Shown one piece after another: positions 21,825-30,762 of a stretch of DNA of 32,000 nt (position 1 is the stretch's first letter; every line of letters begins with the position of its first letter). The notes beneath the pieces are model-generated. The model was not told the origin of the DNA and made no database searches. It saw nothing but the letters and a program-made list of their open reading frames with translations. A program made the translations under genes and the position numbers. Origin of the DNA: Candidatus Iainarchaeum sp. (lineage in GTDB: Archaea; Iainarchaeota; Iainarchaeia; Iainarchaeales; JAZDEL01); the NCBI GenBank assembly GCA_043808785.1, contig JAZDEL010000008.1, positions 30,001-62,000 of the forward strand, read 5' to 3'.

Positions 21825-24087
21825 GGCTGCCTGCACGCGGCGTGCGGGCAGGGGCGTGGCAATATCCGTCGATGCCCTGCTTGCGGTAATATTGATAGCC
21901 ACGCTCGCCACTTTCGGGAAGTTCGCGCTCTACCAGGAGGCTGCGCCCAATAACCTTGTAAAGATGCAGACAATGCAGCGCACGGACGACGTGTTCACTA
22001 CAATGGTAAACTCGGGTTACATGATGGATGTCATGGACGACAACGGCTTCAACTCGGCTTCCGTGCAGGCGATTTACGCAAAGATGAACGCCATGACGCC
22101 GAGCAGCCTCGGGCTCAGGATTGCGATGAGGAAGTACGACATAAATTTCATGCAGTGCAGGGAATCCAAGACATTCGAGGCGTGCTTCCCCGATGAAAGC
22201 ATGAGCGAGATAATTGAGGGTGGCACTGTGCCGCCAGATACCGAGGTGCTGCACGGCAGGAAGGTGTTTGTAAAGCAGGAAAAGCCCGGGGAGTGCGGAG
22301 GCGATTATAACGGGGGGTATGCGCAGGGCGGAATCGCGGATGCGCTTTGGAACGGCATCCTGATGTTCGCTGCCTACGGAAACGCGGACATTAACTTCAG
22401 CATAGATGTCAGCCCCGAGAGTGAGCTCAATTGCGATGAAGAGGCGGATGTGTCGCTTGGAATAAGCGTGGGCATCGGCGGCAGGGACCCTGTCGATGTT
22501 GCGCTTGTTATGGACCGCTCGGGGAGCATGGATGATTACACTATGTTTGACAGGAACGTGCTTACGGGGCAGTTTGACGACGGCAACAAAACCTGCAACT
22601 GCGCAAGCTGGATGTGCAGCCTGTGCGGCAACAGCTGGTGCTCGTGGTGCTATACTTACGGGAACTGGCAGACGCTCGGCACTTTCACAATAGACAGCAA
22701 CCAGGACACGAATGTGACGATGAGGTATGCGGGATACAGCGGGGGCAGCAAGCCGAAGCTGAGGATTGTGAGCCCCGGTGGAACTACTTACGGCGGGACC
22801 GCGGCTTCTGTAGCGGCCAGTTATCCTGTACAGCTAGGCACCTGGACCGCGCAGGGATGGAGCGACGACTGGATAGATTACAATGTGAGCGTATATTACA
22901 GGAAGATCGATGTCTCAAAGGACGGGGCGCAGTATTTTGTGGGGCTTGCGGACTGGGAGGAACAGGACCAGCTTGCGCTGGTTTCCTACAACCAGAGCGC
23001 AACGCTGAACCAGGCGCTGACTACGGACAAGAACAAGGTGTGGGTTGCGATAAACGGGCTGAGCGCCGGCGGCAATACCGCGACAGGGGACGCGATTTAC
23101 AAGGCGACGGACGAACTCATGGGCGGCACGAACCAGAATTCGGATGCGATGAAATTCCAGGTCTTGCTGAGCGACGGGCAGACGAATACCGGCAGTTCAT
23201 CCTCGGCTGCGGCGCAGGACGCAAAAAACAAGGGCATAATAATTTACACAATAGGCCTTGGCGAGGATGTCGATGCGAACGAACTGCAGGCGATTGCGGA
23301 CATAACCGGCGGGCAGTACTATTATGCAAACGACCAGAACGCGCTTCAGGAACTGTATGAAATTATTGCGGGGAATATAGGGGACGACGCTTCGGGGGGA
23401 TATGCAATGACCAATGTCATTGTTAAGATTCCCGTGCCCCCGGGCACAACCATAACCGACACGGGGAACGGCGAATTCCAGGAGGGGGATGAAAACTTCC
23501 TCGTGTTCAATGTCGGGGACATGGAGTACAGTTCGGAGTGGCAGGGGAATTATTCCCTTGTTTATCCCTGCTCGGAAGAGCCGAGCTGCTCGGCTTCCGA
23601 AAAGGTTTTTCCAGAAGAGGGGGCGTACGTGAGTTACATAGACGTGAACGGTATCCCGCAGAATATCGACTGGGATGTCAATGTTACCCTGGATTTCCTC
23701 TACCGCGACCTTGCAATAGAGATAATCGGCGGCGAAATCACGGGCGAGAACGAGGTTTACCTCGATGTGAATGCGAAGAACCCGGGTTACCTTGACACAG
23801 TGGCCACGGACATAAAGTTCTACCTCAACGGCACCGGAGGGGACGGGGGCGAGTACATTACAAGCAGGAATGTTTCGGCAATGTGCGGCGGGTTAAGTGA
23901 AGGGTGCGATAACAGCAGCGAAGAGTTCTACGATATTTTCATAAACAAGGAGGGTTATATTTATGCGGTGATAAATGAGGATTCGGAGAACGAGGAATGC
24001 CCGAACAGGAATGTGGATTCGATAAATTGCTACGAGGGCGCTAAGACGCAGTATTTCACCCTCGATTACTGGGTGTGGCTTAAATGA
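21787..24087 (+). CDS. Large pilin-anchored surface protein: class III-type N-terminus + VWA domain with intact MIDAS + CARDB-like C-terminal domain (766 aa)
   Basis: The N-terminus is ...RRAGRG|VAISVDALLAVILIATL. The MIDAS is DVALVMDRSGSMDD (D243 at 22513), with ...GGNTATGDAI..., ...VLLSDGQTN... and ...IIIYTIGLGEDVD...ITGGQYYYA. The C-terminal GENEVYLDVNAKNPGYLDTVATDIKFYLNG is CARDB-like. There are many N-x-S/T sequons. It overlaps the upstream gene by 38 nt. Confidence 0.85.
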   Translation: MQMRRLPFTGKSRAACTRRAGRGVAISVDALLAVILIATLATFGKFALYQEAAPNNLVKMQTMQRTDDVFTTMVNSGYMMDVMDDNGFNSASVQAIYAKMNAMTPSSLGLRIAMRKYDINFMQCRESKTFEACFPDESMSEIIEGGTVPPDTEVLHGRKVFVKQEKPGECGGDYNGGYAQGGIADALWNGILMFAAYGNADINFSIDVSPESELNCDEEADVSLGISVGIGGRDPVDVALVMDRSGSMDDYTMFDRNVLTGQFDDGNKTCNCASWMCSLCGNSWCSWCYTYGNWQTLGTFTIDSNQDTNVTMRYAGYSGGSKPKLRIVSPGGTTYGGTAASVAASYPVQLGTWTAQGWSDDWIDYNVSVYYRKIDVSKDGAQYFVGLADWEEQDQLALVSYNQSATLNQALTTDKNKVWVAINGLSAGGNTATGDAIYKATDELMGGTNQNSDAMKFQVLLSDGQTNTGSSSSAAAQDAKNKGIIIYTIGLGEDVDANELQAIADITGGQYYYANDQNALQELYEIIAGNIGDDASGGYAMTNVIVKIPVPPGTTITDTGNGEFQEGDENFLVFNVGDMEYSSEWQGNYSLVYPCSEEPSCSASEKVFPEEGAYVSYIDVNGIPQNIDWDVNVTLDFLYRDLAIEIIGGEITGENEVYLDVNAKNPGYLDTVATDIKFYLNGTGGDGGEYITSRNVSAMCGGLSEGCDNSSEEFYDIFINKEGYIYAVINEDSENEECPNRNVDSINCYEGAKTQYFTLDYWVWLK

Positions 24088-26282
24088 ACAAAACGAAAAA
24101 TCAGGCATGCCGCAGGGGCTACACGCTGTCCCTCGATGCAATGCTTGCTCTGCTCCTCGTGATTGCATTCATAGGTTTCAGCAGGGTTGTGCCTTTCGAG
24201 GCCGGCACCACAAGCAACCTGCCGAAGATGCAATCCGTGCAGAGGGCGGACGATGTTTTCACTACGATGATAAACAGCGGATATATGTGGCAGAAAATAG
24301 ACGAGGTCGGGCTGAATAACGAGGCGGCGGAAAACATATACGCCAAGATGAGGGGCATGCTGCCTGACAGTGTCGATTTCAGGATTGTGATAAGGAAGTA
24401 CCAGGTGAATTTCGACCAGTGCAGGCTTGGCAAGACATTTGAGGCGTGCTTCCCGAGCGATGGCTTGTCGGAAAGGATTGCGGGCAAGGTGCCGCCCGTA
24501 AGGAGCGAGGTTGTGCACGGCAGGGGCGTATTTGTGAAGAAGGAGCCTGTCGGGATGTGCACTGTGGAGGGCGGGCTTGCGCCAAAGGAAGGCGGGGTTT
24601 CGGAGAAAAAATCCACTGCATGGCTTGAAGGGGAAATGATGGGGCTTGAGATGACAACAAGCGTAGACCCTCCAGCCCCGCCGTGCCCCCCGAATTCGCT
24701 TTTGTGCGACGGCACTGCTACAACACACCTTGGTCTAAATGCGATAGCCGGGGAGGGAAGGGCGCCGGGGCATGTGCTGTTTGGGATTGACATGGGCAAC
24801 CCTATGGGCAAGAGGTACGTGACCCAGAGCGGCTTCAACCTTGTCGGCCCCTGCAGCAAGCTAGGGACAACCATGGGGACGTTCCAGAACACAACAGATT
24901 ACTCTTTCACGCTTAAATTAAGCGACTGCTTGGGGGCCAAAATTACAGCCATCAGCCCTACTCTCGCGGAATACGGGCCGGGTGACTATGTCGATGTTTA
25001 CCGCCCGACAGCGCTTGGCACCTGGACTGTTCAATGCAGCAATAAAGATGCATTGTCGTGCAATGTCATTATGACGCGCACAAATTTAGAGGCGGGGCAG
25101 ATGTTTCTTGAAGGCGTAGTGGCTACAACCGATTGGAAACTCGAGGGCGCTGAAGGCCCCGACGAGGATGCGTTCACGACATTTCAGGACACCACATCAA
25201 CGCTTCTCGTGCCGTTAACAACTGACGAGGATTCGGTACTGCCTGCAATAGACGGCCTGCTAATCTCCCAGCTTGGCAGCAATGCGGATGTTGCTGCAGC
25301 GGTAATTGCGGCAACCGATATACTAAAAACAACCCCTGAAGGGGAGGTAAGGATATTTATTCCTGTCACAAACATCCACACAGGGGGGAGCATAGCCGAT
25401 GCCGCGAACTATGCCAAGGCAAACGGCGTGGTGGTTTACCCTGTTGGTGCCGGGTATAATTCGGATATGGTTGCACTAAACGAATTAGCATTAATTACAG
25501 GGGGAGAGGCGTGGCTTCTGACCGAAACTGACGCACTAATAGATTATTATACACTCATGGCCCAGAAACTGAAGGAGAGCATGATAAACGGCAACCGCAT
25601 AGACAATGCGCAGCTCAGGATTCCTGTTCCCGCGGGGCAGCTGGTTACCGAACACCTTGGCGGGGAGATAATACCGGAGGGCGAGGAAGAGTTCCTTGTT
25701 TACGACCTTGGAACGCTTGATGTCGGCGAGGGGTGGAGCACGGATTATTCCGTAGTGTTCCAGTGCAATGACGACCACGCATGCCAGAGCGGGAACACGC
25801 GGACTTTCCCGCAGCCTGTAACGGAAATAACCTACATGGATATAGATGGCTTGTTCGGCTCTGTGCCCTGGGACCCGCTTGTGGAGGTGCCTTTCAAATA
25901 CCGCGACCAGGAGGTTAAAATAATGGGCGGCAGGATTGTGGGGGAGAACCAGGTTTACCTTGATGTGAATGTTGCGAATGTCGGGCATCTTGATACGGTG
26001 GATACGTCGCTCAGGTTTTACAAGGACAGCACAGGCGATGACGGCACGTACCTTACCGCAAGGGGCGTAAGCGCGATGTGCGGCGGGCTCGAGGCGGGGT
26101 GCGGGGACAATGAGGCGTTGTATTACGATGTTCCGCTGGCAGCGGAGGGCTATCTTTACGCGATTGTGAACAAGCTCGGGGAAAATTCCGAGTGCCCCAC
26201 AAACAGCCAGGATGTCATACTGTGCCAGCTAGGGGCGAAGACAGAGTATTACACTATCGATTATTATGTGTGGCCGAAATGA
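24084..26282 (+). CDS. Paralog of the preceding protein with a degenerate VWA/MIDAS (732 aa)
   Basis: The N-terminus is MNKTKNQACRRG|YTLSLDAMLALLLVIAFIGF. Shared blocks are QRADDVFTTMINSGYM, KTFEACFP, LGTWTVQ, VYLDVNVANVGHLDTV and VSAMCGGL, plus the C-terminal ...GAKTEYYTIDYYVWPK. The MIDAS position reads HVLFGIDMGNPMG, so the DxSxS is lost. The ATGA start/stop overlaps the upstream gene. Confidence 0.8.
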   Translation: MNKTKNQACRRGYTLSLDAMLALLLVIAFIGFSRVVPFEAGTTSNLPKMQSVQRADDVFTTMINSGYMWQKIDEVGLNNEAAENIYAKMRGMLPDSVDFRIVIRKYQVNFDQCRLGKTFEACFPSDGLSERIAGKVPPVRSEVVHGRGVFVKKEPVGMCTVEGGLAPKEGGVSEKKSTAWLEGEMMGLEMTTSVDPPAPPCPPNSLLCDGTATTHLGLNAIAGEGRAPGHVLFGIDMGNPMGKRYVTQSGFNLVGPCSKLGTTMGTFQNTTDYSFTLKLSDCLGAKITAISPTLAEYGPGDYVDVYRPTALGTWTVQCSNKDALSCNVIMTRTNLEAGQMFLEGVVATTDWKLEGAEGPDEDAFTTFQDTTSTLLVPLTTDEDSVLPAIDGLLISQLGSNADVAAAVIAATDILKTTPEGEVRIFIPVTNIHTGGSIADAANYAKANGVVVYPVGAGYNSDMVALNELALITGGEAWLLTETDALIDYYTLMAQKLKESMINGNRIDNAQLRIPVPAGQLVTEHLGGEIIPEGEEEFLVYDLGTLDVGEGWSTDYSVVFQCNDDHACQSGNTRTFPQPVTEITYMDIDGLFGSVPWDPLVEVPFKYRDQEVKIMGGRIVGENQVYLDVNVANVGHLDTVDTSLRFYKDSTGDDGTYLTARGVSAMCGGLEAGCGDNEALYYDVPLAAEGYLYAIVNKLGENSECPTNSQDVILCQLGAKTEYYTIDYYVWPK

Positions 26283-26306
26283 GCCATTTGAAGGGGGAAT
26301 AAGTGA

Positions 26307-27335
26307 ATGAAAAATTGCCTTGTGCGGAAAGGGATGGGCGAGAGGGGCGTGCTTTTCACATTCATGGTTTTCATGATTGTGATGATAGTGCTCGGCCTCG
26401 GCACGACTATAAAGGGCGGCAGGCTGAAGTTCGAGTCGGATGTCACCAAAACCTCGGCACTGGAGGGCACGAGCAACAAATTCGGCAACATAATGAACGA
26501 TGTCGTAAATTTCGACAAAAACAACCTTGCGAGGAACATACAGAAGAGAATTATGCCGTTCGATTATGAGTATGACGGAAACGCCATCCGGGTAGGGCAG
26601 GAACTGCCGATGAAGGTCGGGATGCTCGACCTTTCGTTCGACATACTGAACGCGTACGATATCTTCATTTCGGACACGAACTCGCAGACTACATACGACC
26701 TGATGCATGTCGACGTGAATGCGGCAAAAAACAAATATTGGGGCGGCGACAGGAACAGCATACAATTCATGATAAAGCCGCAGTGCCTGAAGTTTGTTGT
26801 TGTCGACGAGAACGTTACGGGCTTCTTCGGCGGGATTGCGGACGAGGGCTGCGCATCGGGCTTCTCAGTCCAGAGCCTAAGGAGGTATGACCTCAATATC
26901 CTGATAAAACAGGCCAACCAGGCATATAACAATATTGTGTGCAATTTTGCAGGGTCCCCCCCCGAGGAATGCCCCACGGAAATTTTCAGTTCTGGCGACA
27001 ATGACCCTTACTTCGAGATGTTTGTTGACGACAGTTTGTGCACAAACTGCCAGCTCGGGGGGCAGACAAAGCACATATACGGGCATTACGACCCGGCATC
27101 CAACAATACTGTGGGTGTTTCGTGCGCAGGGGGGCCGGAAATATGCGGCGTCACGATAAACCCCATACTTGTGACTGTCAACAGCGGCATGAAGGCGGAG
27201 AACAAGGGCGGCGCTTTGGACGTAAACATGAGGGCGGAACTCGGGGGAAATATAATGCGGTTTTATTTCATGGACTTTAATTTTGCGGTAAGCCGCCCGG
27301 ATTTCAACACCATGATGACGAATGTCGGGCAGTGA
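26307..27335 (+). CDS. Cys-rich secreted/anchored pilin-like protein (342 aa)
   Basis: The N-terminus is MKNCLVRKGMGERG|VLFTFMVFMIVMIVLGLG. The mature part has multiple Cys (CASG, CNFAG, ECP, CTNC, SCAGGPEIC). Confidence 0.55.
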   Translation: MKNCLVRKGMGERGVLFTFMVFMIVMIVLGLGTTIKGGRLKFESDVTKTSALEGTSNKFGNIMNDVVNFDKNNLARNIQKRIMPFDYEYDGNAIRVGQELPMKVGMLDLSFDILNAYDIFISDTNSQTTYDLMHVDVNAAKNKYWGGDRNSIQFMIKPQCLKFVVVDENVTGFFGGIADEGCASGFSVQSLRRYDLNILIKQANQAYNNIVCNFAGSPPEECPTEIFSSGDNDPYFEMFVDDSLCTNCQLGGQTKHIYGHYDPASNNTVGVSCAGGPEICGVTINPILVTVNSGMKAENKGGALDVNMRAELGGNIMRFYFMDFNFAVSRPDFNTMMTNVGQ

Positions 27336-27468
27336 TGCCGGGCAAATTGCGGGAAAAAATAAGCGGGCGCGGGAAACGCGGAAATAAGAACCAATAAAAA
27401 GCGGAACGGGTATATTTTATTGAAAACAAAATCTTGGCATCGGATGGAAAAAGGAACGGGTCGGAAAT

Positions 27469-29226
27469 ATGGCTGAAGGCACTGGAAAGGAAGGCATCGG
27501 CGAGGCGATACTGAATTTCTTCAGGTCGCTCAGGAGGACGAAGATTCGCGGGAAAAAACAGCAGGATGCCGAGGCGCCGGGGGGCGAACTTGCCGAAGAA
27601 ATTGCACCCGAAGAAAAAAAGGCGGGGAGGGGGAAGGCTGCGCCTGGAAAGGCTGCGGGGGGCTGGGAAGAGCGGGGGGAAACCGCCGAAAAAACAGCCG
27701 GCAGCGGAGAGGCAAAAGCGCGGGAAGGCGAAACCGCGGGAATGGGGCCTGAAGAAAAGAAAATGCTCGAGAAGGAACTCAGTGAGTGGAGGTCAAAAGT
27801 AGATGCGCTTACAAAAAAGGTGGAGAACCTTGAGGAAAGGCTCAAGTCAAACACAATATCCCCCAACCAGGCGGTAAGCGGGATTCAGGTTGTTTACGGG
27901 GAAGTGGACAGGGAGGAGAACTCGATAAACAGGGAGATGCGCGCAACAAAGGCGGTGATGAAGGGCACTGTTTTCGATTATTACAAGAGGCGCATGACGC
28001 TGGACGAGTTCAGGAAGAGGATGCTCGAGTACAGGGGCAGGCTGCGCGTGCTGCAGGTCGAGAAAGCGGAATTGAAGAAGGAGGGCTCGAAGATAAGGGA
28101 AATGGGCGGGACTGTAAAGCAGTTCGCGCTGCAGATGCCTGCAAACGCAACAGTTGTGCCGGGCGGGAGTGCGGAGATGGACGCGGTATTCGGAAAAGGC
28201 GGCGGGGGCGGGAAAGGTAAAATTATAGGCGTGATTGGGGGCGGGGGCGGTGAGCAATCAGGAGGCGGGGCGGCGCCCGGGGGGAGCGGCAATTCCGCAG
28301 GCGGCGGGATAGGCGGCGCTGTTGAGGGCGTTGTTTCCGGAGTTGTGGGGGCAGGGTATGCAGCAGCATCCGCACTTAAGGGCGGGAAAAAAAGCGATGC
28401 GGGTTCGCGCGCGGCGCTGGCTGGTGCGGAACGCGCCGAGAGGGAGGCAAGGGCTTCCGCTGGAAAAGCCGTGGCGGGAAAAGGTGCAAAGGGGCCGAAA
28501 GGCGCAAGGGCATTTGCGGTAAACGTCTCGGGCAGGGATGAAGGGGGGGCGGGAAAGGCTGCCAAGCCGGCGCTCCCGAGGATGCCGAATGGGAAGGGGG
28601 AGCGGGAAGGTGCGGATGCAGGAGGGGGGGAAGAAGTGGATAAGGATGCCCTTGAGGAAAGGTGGGGGGGCGCGGCAGGGGTGAAGGAAATACTTGAGGC
28701 AAAGGCGGGGGGAAAAATCGACAGCGAAAGGCTTGCGGAACTGGAGAAAAAAATAAACGCCCTGCTCAAGGCGCACAAAATTTCCGAAAGCGACCTCGGG
28801 GAAAAGGCCGGGGAGATGGACACCTCGAAAGTCATAGAGAGTTTCAACAAGCTTATAGATTTGGTGGAACTTGAGAAGAGGGCAAAAAGGGCGGGCGTGC
28901 TGCAGGAGCCGACAAACACCCTGGAGGTTTCCGCTGTCGGGCTGGGCTCGCCAAAAAAGGTGGAGGCACTTAAGGGGATTGCGATAGACCTGAAGAAGCA
29001 CCGCATAGTGACGGATTTCGACCGCGTGCTCTCGCTCATAAAGGAAAAAAAGAAGATGGGGCTTATTGAGGTCGCGGCAACGCTCGGCATAGACAAGAAA
29101 TGGGCGGAGGAGTGCTGCGAAATACTCGAACAGAGCGGGCTTGTGGAAATAGTATACCCGCCTTTCGGAAAGGCGGGGGTAAGGCTTTCGGGATATGTTG
29201 AGGAGAAGAAGCCCAAGAAAAAATGA
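27469..29226 (+). CDS. Coiled-coil / Gly-Ala-Lys-rich low-complexity protein with a wHTH-like C-terminal domain (585 aa)
   Basis: The coiled coil is EKELSEWRSKVDALTKKVENLEERLK and the low-complexity part is GKGGGGGKGKIIGVIGGGGGEQSGGGAAPGGSG... The C-terminal FDRVLSLIKEKKKMGLIEVAATLGIDKKWAEECCEILEQSGLVEIVYPPFG looks like a winged helix. It is directly upstream of the ATPase. Confidence 0.6.
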   Translation: MAEGTGKEGIGEAILNFFRSLRRTKIRGKKQQDAEAPGGELAEEIAPEEKKAGRGKAAPGKAAGGWEERGETAEKTAGSGEAKAREGETAGMGPEEKKMLEKELSEWRSKVDALTKKVENLEERLKSNTISPNQAVSGIQVVYGEVDREENSINREMRATKAVMKGTVFDYYKRRMTLDEFRKRMLEYRGRLRVLQVEKAELKKEGSKIREMGGTVKQFALQMPANATVVPGGSAEMDAVFGKGGGGGKGKIIGVIGGGGGEQSGGGAAPGGSGNSAGGGIGGAVEGVVSGVVGAGYAAASALKGGKKSDAGSRAALAGAERAEREARASAGKAVAGKGAKGPKGARAFAVNVSGRDEGGAGKAAKPALPRMPNGKGEREGADAGGGEEVDKDALEERWGGAAGVKEILEAKAGGKIDSERLAELEKKINALLKAHKISESDLGEKAGEMDTSKVIESFNKLIDLVELEKRAKRAGVLQEPTNTLEVSAVGLGSPKKVEALKGIAIDLKKHRIVTDFDRVLSLIKEKKKMGLIEVAATLGIDKKWAEECCEILEQSGLVEIVYPPFGKAGVRLSGYVEEKKPKKK

Positions 29227-29250
29227 AATTTTCACGGGAAGGTGAGGTGC

Positions 29251-30762
29251 ATGGCGGATAAGCAGATAAAGGAATATGAACTCGAATCCGAGGGAATGAA
29301 GGTAAACATACGGATTGTGGAGATGGAGGGCGAATTCGTAAAGAGCTATTTTGTGGACATACCCGAATTCGGCCCCGGCACGGAGGCGCTGCTGCAGAAC
29401 CTGAAGGGCTACCTTGTTACGGACACTAGCATAAAAACGGAGAAGATGTTCGACGCGAAATTCATAGATTCGCTGAGGAAGATATTCAGGGAGCGCGCGG
29501 AAATAATACTCTCCAAGGAGCTGCCGCATGCGGACCAGAGGACGAAGGACCTGCTCATAAGCATGCTGCTGCACGAGATGCTCGGGCTCGGCAAGTTAGA
29601 GTTCATGCTTGCCGACGGGAACCTCGAGGAAGTGGTCGTGAACACGGCAGCGGAGCCTGCGTGGGTCTACCACAAGGAGTTCGGGTGGCTCAAGACGAAC
29701 ATAACGTTCGCGAACGAGGGGCAAACGCAGAACTTCGCAAGCATAATAGCAAGGCGTGTGGGGAAGCAGATAACCGTGCTGAACCCGCTGCTTGACGCGC
29801 ACCTCATAACAGGGGACAGGGCGAATGCGACGCTTTTCCCGATTTCGGGGAAGGGGAACACGATAACGATAAGGCGATTTAGGCGCGACCCGTGGACTGC
29901 CGTGGATTTCATAGCGAACAAAACTGCAACAATTGAACTTATGGCACTTGTGTGGTCCGCAATACAGTATGAAATGAACCTTATAGTGAGCGGCGGCACG
30001 GCTTCGGGAAAGACCTCGTTCCTGAACGTTTGTATGCCGTTCATACAGCCGAACCACAGGATTGTGAGCATAGAGGACACGCGCGAAATTTCATTGCCGA
30101 GCTTCCTGCACTGGGTGCCAATGACCACAAGGGAGCCTAACCCTGAAGGGCACGGCGGGGTGAGCATGCTTGATTTGCTTGTGAACTCGCTCAGGATGAG
30201 GCCTGACAGGATAATTGTGGGTGAAATAAGGAGGCAGAAGGAGGCGGAGGTGCTTTTCGAGGCGATGCACACCGGGCACAGCACTTACACAACAGTACAC
30301 GCAAACACAGCGGACGAAACAATAAGGAGGATGGCGAACCCGCCAATAGCGATACACCCCACGATGCTTGAGGCAGTGCACCTCAATGTGGTCATGTTCA
30401 GGAACCGCAGGCTGGGGATAAGGCGCATACTGGAACTTGCGGAGTTTATACCTGAAAAGAGGTCCGAGACCGAGGAAAATATAAAGCCGAACGTGCTTTA
30501 CAGGTGGAAGCCTGCAAAGGACGTAATAGAGAAGCACGCGGACAGCATAAGGTTCTTCGACGAAATGAGCCTGCACACGGGAATGACACGCAGCGAGATA
30601 GACAAGGACCTCAAGAGCAAGCAGGGCGTGCTTGAATGGATGATAAATCAGAAGATCCGCTCCATTGAGGACGTCGGGGCGGTAATGGCAAATTATTATT
30701 CAAACGAGGACGAAATACTCGGCTTCGTCAAACAGAAAAAGAAACCGCCGTTTGTGAGATGA
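29251..30762 (+). CDS. Type IV filament secretion ATPase (FlaI/ArlI / TadA-CpaF / VirB11 superfamily)
   Basis: Walker A is VSGGTASGKTSFLN, Walker B/Asp box is RPDRIIVGEIRRQKEAEVLFEAMHTGH and the His box is STYTTVHAN. The ATG at 29251 lies behind SD ggtgaggtg; the ORF-track start at 29242 is GTG. Confidence 0.92.
   Translation: MADKQIKEYELESEGMKVNIRIVEMEGEFVKSYFVDIPEFGPGTEALLQNLKGYLVTDTSIKTEKMFDAKFIDSLRKIFRERAEIILSKELPHADQRTKDLLISMLLHEMLGLGKLEFMLADGNLEEVVVNTAAEPAWVYHKEFGWLKTNITFANEGQTQNFASIIARRVGKQITVLNPLLDAHLITGDRANATLFPISGKGNTITIRRFRRDPWTAVDFIANKTATIELMALVWSAIQYEMNLIVSGGTASGKTSFLNVCMPFIQPNHRIVSIEDTREISLPSFLHWVPMTTREPNPEGHGGVSMLDLLVNSLRMRPDRIIVGEIRRQKEAEVLFEAMHTGHSTYTTVHANTADETIRRMANPPIAIHPTMLEAVHLNVVMFRNRRLGIRRILELAEFIPEKRSETEENIKPNVLYRWKPAKDVIEKHADSIRFFDEMSLHTGMTRSEIDKDLKSKQGVLEWMINQKIRSIEDVGAVMANYYSNEDEILGFVKQKKKPPFVR

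Noticed and set aside
20949-21911. 320-aa ORF on the minus strand across the pilin genes
   Set aside because: It is entirely antisense to three well-supported pilin-like CDSs. The translation is Arg/Cys/His-rich with no recognisable motif, so it is a shadow ORF.
22614-23360. 248-aa alternative-frame plus-strand ORF inside the VWA gene
   Set aside because: It is an Arg/Gly-rich out-of-frame translation. The overlapping frame has clear VWA motifs.
24066-24892. 220-aa and 257-aa minus-strand ORFs over the start of the second VWA paralog
   Set aside because: They are antisense shadows with no start context or motifs.
27981-29574. 411-aa and 438-aa minus-strand ORFs (27981..29216 and 28258..29574)
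   Set aside because: They are antisense to the G-rich low-complexity gene and the 5' end of the ATPase gene. Their Pro/Ser/Ala-rich low-complexity translations are what a GC-rich repeat region produces on the opposite strand.
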